56,933 nucleotides of DNA from Christensenella sp. UBA4247 (GTDB taxonomy: Bacteria > Bacillota > Clostridia > Christensenellales > CAG-1252): the NCBI GenBank assembly GCA_002395405.1, contig DGWX01000062.1:1-56933 (forward strand). The letters run 5' to 3'. Numbering within the stretch: the stretch's first letter is position 1; the number at the start of each line of letters is the position of its first letter. Positions 22,701-26,535 of this stretch are shown in pieces. The position numbers were made by a program, and so were the translations under genes. The notes under the pieces were generated by a model, which worked only from the letters and a program-made list of their open reading frames with translations, did not search any database and was not told where the DNA came from.

Positions 22701-25700
22701 TTGAACGGAAGCCGCACCCGTTGCGGATTCCACCCACACCGTTATGTTCTTTACGACGCCTTGCGCACCCACGCACCCGAAAAGACCGGCGAGGGTAGCC
22801 GAACTCGAAACGTTATTCAAACGAACGGTCAATCCGTTTCCGTTCAAGCTTCCGAGGAAGGGGTTCGCTTCCGTTCCGATCGGCGTATAGTTCGAATCGA
22901 GAACGATATTCGTTCCGAGACTGAATTCCACGCCCTCATACGTTCTTCCCTCGTTCGTGGATAAAGCGATTTTCATCAAATCCGCTTTTTCGAAGATTTG
23001 GAGAGGAACGACTTCCACGATAAAGAGTTTCCCGCTTTCGTTTTGATTGGGCGGCGTAAACTCGTTTCCGTCCAGCCCGTTCGTTTCCATCTTGCGAACG
23101 CCGTTCTTGATCTCGTACCATCCGGAGAACGTAACGCCCTCTTTGGATTCGAGGCTGAACACAATGTTTCCGTCCGTCGGACGACCGACCGCGATCGTCG
23201 TTTGCACGTACGCTCTGCTTGCGCTGGAATTCGAGCTGTCGCCCGCTTTGTTTCCGACGATCGCTCTGCCGTTATCCTCTTTCAAATACTCTTCGTACGG
23301 CATGACCGCCCAAGCGTTTTGGAACGTAACGAGCGCGTTGTCTTGCACTTTTCCGACAAGCGCGCCTACGTACACGTTATATGTGGAATCGCAGTGGATC
23401 GTGTCGGTATTAAACTCGCCTTTGATACCGCAAGAACCGGAGGCGTTTACGAGCGAGCAAGCGTAAGCGTTCCGCCCGAAGATCACGCCTACGGATTGCT
23501 CTCCGAACAACTCCGCCGGATAATGCATTATTAAGGAATCTCCGCCGAATTTCTCCGTTATACCCGAAGAAGGATCGGGCTTTTCCGCTCCGAAAATTTT
23601 CTCCGTTTTCGTTCCGAGCTGATTTTCGGCAAAAATTGCATATGTATACTTGGGAGCTGAATTTTGATAATTTTGAAGTTTTCCGCCGATGAGATTGTCC
23701 TCATCCATATCGAAGCTCCCGTGTTTTGCTTCGACTTTTTCATACAGGTAATACGAAGCTTTATGATAAGTCGCGATATGCTCAACGTTGATTTCGCCCG
23801 CAATATACGCGCTGACGTTTTCGAAAGACGTACTCAGCTTATTCTGTCCGGCAATGCCGCCGACGTTCGCCATATATTTCGCGCGAGCGTTTAGTTTTCC
23901 GCGAACGGTTACGTTTACGTTGTTAAAATACCCTATATTCAATCCGATCAATCCGCCCACGTTCGAATTTGCGGCGGCGCCGAGAATATAGGCGGATTTG
24001 GATATCTCGAGATCCACGTACGAGATCGTTCCTACGTTTTTACCTACAAGAGCGCCCACGTTCCCCGTTACGACGATACATTTGGTTTTATACGGAACAA
24101 CCTCCACATAGCCGGGGTTTTTCGTTCCTCTCGTCCAATCGAAATCGTTTCCGGTAAAGAAATAAACGTAACAAGAATTCGCGTCCAGCGAATCGGGCGA
24201 AAGGATCGTTGACTTTTGCGCGTCGAAATTTTGATAGGTATAAACGTTATTACTAATCTCGCTCTCGTCACCATATGTTACTTTTTTATTGGGCAAGTCG
24301 TCTGCATTGCCTTTGTATTCCACGCCGCTCGTTTCCATGATCGAGGCGCCGAATCGGATATTGATATTCGTGATCGTTCCGTAGTTTTCTCCGAACAGTC
24401 CTGTATTATATTCAGAGTAATAAGGATCATCATCGTTATTATTGTCGGGTTTCTTTTCATAATCGTGCGAGATCTCGGAACCCGCGGCAAACGTGATCGT
24501 ATGCCCTTGCCCATTGAATTTACCTCTGAATTCTTCGATGACGGGCGTTCCGCTCGAAACGGTAAAGTCATTGCCGACTTTAACGTCCAGCCAGGAAAGC
24601 GTTACGCCTTGCGCGCCCGAGAAATACGCGCGGTGATCGGAATTGGAAGTTCCGAGTTGCGCCCAAACGTCTTCCTTAATGAGGTTTACGTCGTAAGCAA
24701 ATTGCGTAAGCTCGCCGCCCGAGCGAATATCGGTATCAACGAACATCGCGTAAAGCGTCGTTCCGCTCTTTCCCGAAAGGGTATAGTTCTTGGTTTTGGT
24801 AAAGGTAGGCGTTGCCGACCAAGGTTCGCTCGTCCAACCGTAAAACGGAGAGGTATCTTCTTTGGCGTTTATGGTGATAGAGGTTCCGCTCGAAGTCGGC
24901 GTGGCGGTAATTCCGCCTGAACCGAAGATATTCAAGTGGTTCATGCGCGACGTCAGCATCGTATTTCTGCTTTCTCGATCCGTATTGCATTCGGCAAGAC
25001 GCCTGACGAGCCAGTTATTCGTTCCGATCAAGCCGTCCAGATCGCTGTTTCCGCAGAAGAGGCCGGCGAATGCGTCGAACTCGTTATCGAAGTCCACGCC
25101 GTCTTCCACAATGCCGTTGTCTCCGTCTATATAAATAACGTTATTCGCAATGGATAGTCCTTTCGACGTACGGCTCTTTCCGACGAAGCCGCCCGAGAAG
25201 AAACGGATACGATCCCACCTGCCGCTGAGAAGTTCGTCCGCAACGCCGCTCATCGAAAGAGGATCGTTTACTTTAAGGAAGAATGCGCTGGTCATGGATT
25301 TGATCCTGACAAAGTTTCCGGTCAAAGCAGCTCCCGCGCAATTTGGTTCCACCATTCCGATAAAGGATCCGGCGACCGAACCTTCGTTGTTCGAACCGAC
25401 AAGACCGAAGGAGATCGCGCTGCCGAGGCATTCCACGTTACAAGACGTTACTTTCGCGGCGTTATTGATCGCGCCGAACACGACGCCCGCAGGGTGAACG
25501 TGCTTACTGTCGTTATATGCGGTTTTCGTACTGAAAAAAGTCGAGTTGTTATCCCAAGTATCGGTAATGTCGCAAGCCGTAACGGCAGCTTCCGATTTGA
25601 TCGTGGAAGAAGTAACCGTTCCGCCGAGAATATTCCCTATGACGCCGCCGGCATAAATTACGTTGTGTTTTTTGGTATTATCGGTCAGAGAGTTTTGCGC

Positions 25701-26426
25701 GGTAACGTTCACGCTCGAAACGATCGTGCAATTCGAAAGAATGCCGGAATGCGTTCCGATGACGCCGCCCGCGTAGCTGTACATATCGTTATCCACGTCG
25801 CCGCTGTTCGGGGCGGAAAGGACGCTGCCGCCGCAATCGATGGTGCAGTGATTGATCGTGCCGAGGTTAGAGCCGATCATTCCGCCCGTTCGAATATCGC
25901 GCGATCCGCTTTTATAAGAGTTATACAAACCGCCGCTGTAATAATAATTGAGGTTCATGATCGTTCCGGAGTTTTCGCCGGCAAGACCGCCCACGTTATT
26001 CGGAGTCAGCGGAGAAGTATTGATTTGATTCGCCCAAATCGTGCAGTTATTCCCGTTCAACACGGCACCCTGCGGAATAATGGGGTTCTTTTCCGACCAA
26101 GACAAAGCCGAGATCTTGAAATTCTTCGTAAGCTGATAGGTCATCGCGTTGCCGGAGAAGAAAATATACATAAATTCGTCCGCCGTATCCACGATGCCGT
26201 CCTCGGGGACTTTTTCCGCCATTTGCGAACCGGATAAGCCAGTAAAGGTCGTAAGAAGACCTTCCGTTATCTCCTCGTAAGACAGCGTGGCGTAATCCAC
26301 CGCTTCCGCCGTCAACGTAGATCGGAAAGCGAAAGACACCGATAGCACTGCGATCAAAAAAACGATCGCAAACGCAATAATCAGTATCGATCCGAATCTT
26401 GTCCTTCTTTTAGCCTGAGTCGTCAT
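7737..26426 (-). CDS. Giant surface protein 1 (about 6,229 aa): signal peptide, GLUG-motif super-repeats, MBG-like domains, C-terminal TM anchor and charged tail
   Basis: Uninterrupted 18.7-kb ORF. I preferred the ATG at 26424..26426 (GAGG 8 nt upstream) over the track ATG at 26468, which has no RBS. Many GLUG-type motifs are present (GGLAGENSGTI, GGIAGINEGVI, GGIAGLNRENGII and others). MBG-like units with KVYDGT / AGNY / VGSY motifs lie near the C-terminus. Confidence 0.9.
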   Translation of the reverse strand: MTTQAKRRTRFGSILIIAFAIVFLIAVLSVSFAFRSTLTAEAVDYATLSYEEITEGLLTTFTGLSGSQMAEKVPEDGIVDTADEFMYIFFSGNAMTYQLTKNFKISALSWSEKNPIIPQGAVLNGNNCTIWANQINTSPLTPNNVGGLAGENSGTIMNLNYYYSGGLYNSYKSGSRDIRTGGMIGSNLGTINHCTIDCGGSVLSAPNSGDVDNDMYSYAGGVIGTHSGILSNCTIVSSVNVTAQNSLTDNTKKHNVIYAGGVIGNILGGTVTSSTIKSEAAVTACDITDTWDNNSTFFSTKTAYNDSKHVHPAGVVFGAINNAAKVTSCNVECLGSAISFGLVGSNNEGSVAGSFIGMVEPNCAGAALTGNFVRIKSMTSAFFLKVNDPLSMSGVADELLSGRWDRIRFFSGGFVGKSRTSKGLSIANNVIYIDGDNGIVEDGVDFDNEFDAFAGLFCGNSDLDGLIGTNNWLVRRLAECNTDRESRNTMLTSRMNHLNIFGSGGITATPTSSGTSITINAKEDTSPFYGWTSEPWSATPTFTKTKNYTLSGKSGTTLYAMFVDTDIRSGGELTQFAYDVNLIKEDVWAQLGTSNSDHRAYFSGAQGVTLSWLDVKVGNDFTVSSGTPVIEEFRGKFNGQGHTITFAAGSEISHDYEKKPDNNNDDDPYYSEYNTGLFGENYGTITNINIRFGASIMETSGVEYKGNADDLPNKKVTYGDESEISNNVYTYQNFDAQKSTILSPDSLDANSCYVYFFTGNDFDWTRGTKNPGYVEVVPYKTKCIVVTGNVGALVGKNVGTISYVDLEISKSAYILGAAANSNVGGLIGLNIGYFNNVNVTVRGKLNARAKYMANVGGIAGQNKLSTSFENVSAYIAGEINVEHIATYHKASYYLYEKVEAKHGSFDMDEDNLIGGKLQNYQNSAPKYTYAIFAENQLGTKTEKIFGAEKPDPSSGITEKFGGDSLIMHYPAELFGEQSVGVIFGRNAYACSLVNASGSCGIKGEFNTDTIHCDSTYNVYVGALVGKVQDNALVTFQNAWAVMPYEEYLKEDNGRAIVGNKAGDSSNSSASRAYVQTTIAVGRPTDGNIVFSLESKEGVTFSGWYEIKNGVRKMETNGLDGNEFTPPNQNESGKLFIVEVVPLQIFEKADLMKIALSTNEGRTYEGVEFSLGTNIVLDSNYTPIGTEANPFLGSLNGNGLTVRLNNVSSSATLAGLFGCVGAQGVVKNITVWVESATGAASVQAAGAVAAINCGTIGQDSASAKVYVKLTAQLTGKIVGGAVGENRNLLQNTEVLFTNNGTNYGRLHSLSPDIGDEGIAGGAVGYNKKTDATPVVKNVIVNFYLDAGTMGLVSSQRKYALGGVIGRNGAETAAYSVVSIVSAGYFMNGMNGSDGDNGKYRGYIIGYNESVHTDALWCLYRSISAEGNSKTDPAFGNPLSVYREKGDSAPTVSNAAVLMSGTNYDKANILIQYGKGEISVSIVKYVASTGALGGQIRFNSAKYADSSILKADDPDFYDYVASFETGELVTVTDGNTGTVFSPAVGLSGKVFYAGFQNNMISNASDYNYVANKINKDYRLYVRYQIINSFKLDASSSATAIGKDVTHPFLGSLNGNGFTVTLDSDSDMHAIVNVLGEKDKTPYAEIKNLKVLVQSGSRTVSTATDANRGFLTYDNYGTISGITMTVRGYISNEKGNGGAIAGLNRGIIESSNVTFDFANYLGTEGRGAILGKYVGGIAGINEGVIGSKTASAVFVSILTTNGQQGALYGSTAAGGIAGLNRENGIIRSAIVTVKGVLAGGAVGGVTGINQATIEDAIVSVEKGSIYFATNSFGGISGENEGAIGNVRDDFDEVVKAYVSESPSYGSAYAIPVAGTFSYTTAARKTKNFGVIVGVNKANGQIFSCLAELSASSYAENSAGLLAGQNSGGISYSTAESTNGSALSAKFAGGAVGDHSGSLVDVLVTIRGNVGSSAEGANGIVKTTHAGGFAGRSTGFVSNSAVTCYADFYGDATGLGAATAPSGSATNSWIQISNATATPTSGSEDTGFNAIRVMNDTLLRVTLNYTVNLFTFRSMINGVKGWYTDISAWDDNDEGVLTEGLVNTSTYSPKSSVQNLNIHLSYTELRITSASGLINLSNLINSRDYYRGVLFVLDNDVQINRNGILRPIGSAEHPFNAIFDGGYHKITFASGSAISGTEYTGLFGYTSASSVVRNFILDIEEGVTIGGVNSFEIGALAGRSLGEVKNVFVNLSSGLVYNSQARYAGSFAGYVSGGNAINTWISVLNGKDKIVGNGTETEFFGVNNIGVLGFGLTKVSFLSSYDRDTDQDIRVKYYVPNGEGGNATYKRTCEAYFEGFGGWYSDIRSGEFAIAIPNYEAIIGELTYNADDLDVSLSTAYNVSNVRVILSFINLSIADEKDFVRFASDINTYGDQGAKFTLLNDITVDFSQCESVGSAERPFTGLFEGNGHVLSVVGSMIKRDYAGVFGYVGRGGTVRNVHIKVIGENVKIGDNSTLYAGIGVALLRGELRNVVVSARADTVVFTTQGLPSSGGIAGRAEDGYSINNAWLVLAENATVLNPVGLDTYYIENRATKGEGRVMQQVGVGSLMIEIESDGTKITFDSTEVDEDGRDGFYGYIDNNNVTDEVVTPIHDGGAGSSIYVWTVKPGDSVSNDMLAVFINKYVSSLDDLERVSQNVRLGRNYRGITYELTADVTLSAEGFEPIGGEVVTGSGTSFLNYVERDFIGGFDGKGHTITMPEGLVIGARYAGLFGRVGESARIKNLTIHCKSRLGVDTGVNTTRTIYAGVLAAYALGGSYQNNVIILDKLSSLYGSVGTGRTFGYLPRSAGNVASNCWVVSYNSKANYELNAEEIKFNRSFVSASSYADEGANQGGVNNIMVVAAGQVGVIRQQNDASSFHFTYGGTSYWYPLNEFSGDRAAAIGATGGQYSPDKTLTREGFNVSFLNSEISTLQGLKEYAKNVNDGYDFYKLTFTLTRDLVIGEGDGFEAIGNERSGMNGVFDGQGHSILLSSGAVIGGKYAGIFGYVKEDGTIRNLRIAIEGALGNNDYTSTQVEMGAVNTLFAGAIAYNNGQIENVIVISSGASLRTLNGVSGLVIGYDNTNLVRNVWGLIDASDLVLAVGEAGTGDTSVNTMKIVGIGTMDASFSDVAHGDYRVKFVSTSAVPVMGWFKSFEKSLQISEAMLSGGELRNGDAGYLVAPIGEAAARYEVAVIKTTIENAEELIAVAEDVNVGGYSFETLIFTLGADIEIPSITTGRYVSIGTEKYPFKGTFSGKLGNEYHSITIRENYSINGIFGNNAGEIRDLIVRVSGTVGEVTSSSDHIYGTVAAVNNGVITGTFVEIKETGKVVGYTAGGVVGRNNGTLKDSVVVVKGTILAESREGNTISAGALAGINYGTIEGSENFEEWISRGLLPKAARYAKEGNAFVLRQYDLEANAFLYGKVSALSGAQGGVANAGGAIGNNYQGSASYLITYVMKGGLVEANSLTKDGARAGGLVGYTHSSVNHNVVFLFGDVLSPSLAGGTAGYLDGVTAMNVWQVTDNRVVEAAGAGAKSVNTLNVKGNGTVKASIDTTAKSVLFTNMTDDNGSKLDGWYLSSGIQVDAATGNVGENENTFLPKSNVQNKYVMVVFVNTEIRTAQDLADMASSVSSGLSGEDIVFKLMNDLTLFAGDLTENVGSENYPFNNVFDGQGYTLTVNDGAIPGSEYRGIFGYTGGASLIENLNVVVKEGSYGSERSLHTGILSAYAQGSIKNVSVTLETNANLMGQAVGTIAGYSLGAVENVSVRLEGSIKAFGSSNTNVAGGVIGVNNGSLEKVALEILSGASIGAEGSAMAYVGGIVGENYTGIARATVAYAGQISVAASMSPYAGVGVGLNLGYLDKCYIEVLGGTIEGGVSGGFIGNNVNALTDSLIKIVNGSLGGRDSAVGASLVRDESKVNNVWVYTDSLSEISNCDLINNMTFEEGLLLSCPTAADVLAGKISFTASVSDLTDSFAIFAEIRDGEAKVGSGAHVKNAVYDGSDLSYVTFDEDSDVVTSRRVSGVSAMLSLRKAIGSGMELAAFSSAVNGGAYAFHNAVFTIASDFALPANELLPDGYFRAIGSGEALSSSVTIEGWHHVITVGDTTLTGGLFGTTAAAIRNIGLRLTKEEENACFAMKNDGSIRNAVVYLEEGAEVSGALFQRDGSGSADNLFVVTRVDYALGVGSKEYAVIRINGVGSVVQGGNDAMMFSAETDGTMIFIGWTRNGSIFSSDPSFASSNCEKDLYTAEFVSTLIDTTYKLTVLSDAAALGYTGEGVTFTLGADVTAPAPLSGFKTNAFKGVLDGNGYSLIFESGFTDSALGLFAGTIKNVRMDLSNLASGVKIFEGTAKVNLENVVFVENRSVLSVGAPVSAKNVYFETSNASLYEAFKSIAAYRESYSIIYGNGLGSIAYSFGDSIGATAADTESQVFAGWFGELGTVHGSVFREKRLELSSQSGNGYMLNYVNRTLSSANDLDRLSTAVLGAFDFDGITFRVADGGFTVSSSLMTIGSETHPFKGSIEGGINSVIRFAADTAPLIHTLYGALKDVAFEFESGCIVKGASPCLVRINRGLMSGVVVLASSADPTFDGGSALCGINGGEMRNCWLVTGSKESAVGEGSLIGVNEIRADLNTFVSVTYQKTGVGTRVSFEFMPLVGHFVCLYDYEGNVVFPGAYNYGTGFYTSPESASGQKFEVRSIRSIAKEDELVYLGYLTAEGALAEGSVISLAGDLTVRRNLTPIYFDGIVLDLAGYSLTINSMGDGNLFTARSEDGTFRNGVVYLKKGYNGLSVAGAKLENIVLSLSDSGMILPAYSVKGAIVMTFDQAYKTSLTAEAGDYGFVYYEKGAILNASFSNGTPVFTGSDNDAFYFSAIVSLSETEKEAVYAPSSVNDQTDFNKLARANEVSPNHLAGSSITITSDFAADGNTLLPLLSFRGAISGDRTITITGGSFPSGIITLGEGGSINGVALALKGVSLSSSAVLGENISRVAVIAYHGALSETHEEEKSAYLNVYGEGTISVQFGETLRYEATTLGNYALRAWKNSSDAEVNQDENGDPLSIYEGSEPVSAYFALRYLVSVRYIGVSEDEIKNESANMPSFSGLGVYFADELEATGNKIEVKVKNIGSGYMFWGLGATTAFETVSKDASDAWKYSISWTAGHYDIVLTAELSSIPMEWVSETYRASAIASSTDSLSAITSRAESLGYSVVYSYSPLGATPPLVGGLPYHAGNYLISYRVHAGSRQLCDAFSGLEILPAELTFKSLAIKDKVYDGTTRAELLPGSMIIDGFKGNDETFVSVSGIVFSFKDANAEQGKLVYVSGDAKLVYDPEFDESGANQFAYLDYVFDGGSISSAQEGLIRANIERATLELEVSSIEVDYLAQFEGAAVFYPTVKSGLLEKDRAAYEAVASTLMTRERSNEFDAGAYRIIVGDNLALPNYNVVMTGKEAYYIVRPTEVKIFFDLDEIEYGSSSFRPKYHVCDGTECSSGCSHKGMREGDELYFDSIVYNAGGTLLPSEERYDLVCLFSDRNKNYVVSASDGYEIEGGSAKAILKAENVLRVTPKKLYVVADEDRNVKFFGKRNETIYASLSQGNSFVERSHKLVLSREEGESVGRYALRYGVTDANGEDISDRYEILSVKEGGYYYEIKKVAIRLKPGKTTVNYGTPVSSIKYSTIVGDGSITVSDLYFAMFGTEKKDATLSDVGVRAIVGFDSETILNVGEYDAVFSAELVSDEAIKCISGVTMQSGQRMVIVTKKYLTVTISDFTKTYNGVSDFRESLVSFKTEGLLEKDKSEIKVVSTGYDVQNAVTVGSYKINGTFALQATKTGDESLVNNYFIQVVSGNFIINPASVSIKAEVGYYDDQGSFTSASIERGDLEFFNTIYYGDNKAILRFTIEKGGAFINVPAGSSDKEASDAIASALKISYNKLSKLVPSDGKKTIDELGLISANNNVKATFTASVTVAPVSIIVRVVPSEKVIGEVDPGISYVLIAEDPYDDFKEIKNYFDLADGTFVVSITGDRTEGETLGSYHYSNVKIDVVNAYSGESLFDTSTDTGAAFKGNISKEGVSNAKLEIRQKSFIKTTIGKIVIYGGAVLLLAAGTVVAIILIPKARKKRKLSPKPKKPKKNKKKGEKDESEKESEKGAEEETKAEPEETGETVSEGESAGEGQAEEPSEAPSEAQNSAEDPENIADSLDGEEKEEQ
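7740..8018 (-). other. 93-aa cytoplasmic tail of giant protein 1: a Lys/Pro-rich basic block followed by a Glu/Ser/Ala/Pro-rich acidic block
   Basis: KARKKRKLSPKPKKPKKNKKKGEKDESEKESEKGAEEETKAEPEETGETVSEGESAGEGQAEEPSEAPSEAQNSAEDPENIADSLDGEEKEEQ*. Confidence 0.7.
8019..8087 (-). other. C-terminal transmembrane helix of giant protein 1
   Basis: IVIYGGAVLLLAAGTVVAIILIP (23 hydrophobic residues), followed directly by KARKKRK (positive-inside rule). Confidence 0.8.
8088..10830 (-). repeat. MBG-like (YDGT / AGxY type) domain array in the C-terminal region of giant protein 1
   Basis: Repeated roughly 90-110 aa units, for example GLPYHAGNYLISY...LEILPAELTFKSLAIKDKVYDGTTRAEL, DAGAYRIIVGDNLALPNYNVV...YIVRPTEV, VGRYALRYGV...YEIKKVAIRL and VGSYKINGTF...NFIINPASVSI. 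The family assignment is from memory of the MBG signature. Boundaries are approximate. Confidence 0.5.
11400..26100 (-). repeat. About 12-14 divergent protein super-repeats (270-630 aa each) containing GLUG-type motifs
   Basis: I read seed motifs of the form PF-x-G-x-[FL]-x-G-x-G-[HY]-x-[IL], followed by [AT]G[LI]FG[YR], at about 12721-12820, 13381-13460, 15241-15350, 16541-16630, 17301-17400, 18121-18225, 19021-19100, 19861-19950, 21541-21640, 22801-22890 and 24481-24560. Degenerate copies lie near 11420-11600, 12000-12160 and 25960-26070. Boundaries are approximate. Confidence 0.6.
26301..26426 (-). other. Predicted Sec signal peptide / signal anchor of giant protein 1
   Basis: MTTQAKRRTRFGSILIIAFAIVFLIAVLSVSFAFRSTLTAEA|VDY: a basic n-region, a ~22-aa hydrophobic core, and an AEA motif as a plausible signal-peptidase site. 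Confidence 0.6.
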
Positions 26427-26507
26427 ATTGTTTACCTCTGTTTCTATTGTACTATGTCCGTCGGGCATAAGTAACTTAAATATACTTAATATTATTATTT
26501 ATATGCG

Positions 26508-26526
26508 CTCGCGCGCCTTGCGCGAG
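26508..26526 (-). other. GC-rich hairpin about 10 nt downstream of the giant ORF 2 stop
   Basis: CTCGCGC (26508..26514) pairs with GCGCGAG (26520..26526) around a 5-nt loop. On the minus strand it is followed by an AT-rich stretch (CGCATATAAATAATAATATTAAGTATATTTAAG) rather than a clean U-tract. It could be a weak terminator or attenuator, or an RNA-stabilising element. Confidence 0.35.
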
Positions 26527-26535
26527 GCCGTTTTG

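Noticed and set aside
26427-26468. Upstream ATG (26468) as the start of giant ORF 1
   Set aside because: No Shine-Dalgarno sequence precedes it. The ATG at 26426 has GAGG 8 nt upstream and gives a canonical signal-peptide n-region (MTTQAKRRTRFG). I could not exclude the upstream start completely.
26427-26535. Possibility that the two giant ORFs are one gene split by a sequencing error
   Set aside because: They are in different frames. The spacer is AT-rich and non-coding-like, with a hairpin. The downstream ORF begins with its own RBS and a textbook signal peptide. This looks like a genuine gene boundary.
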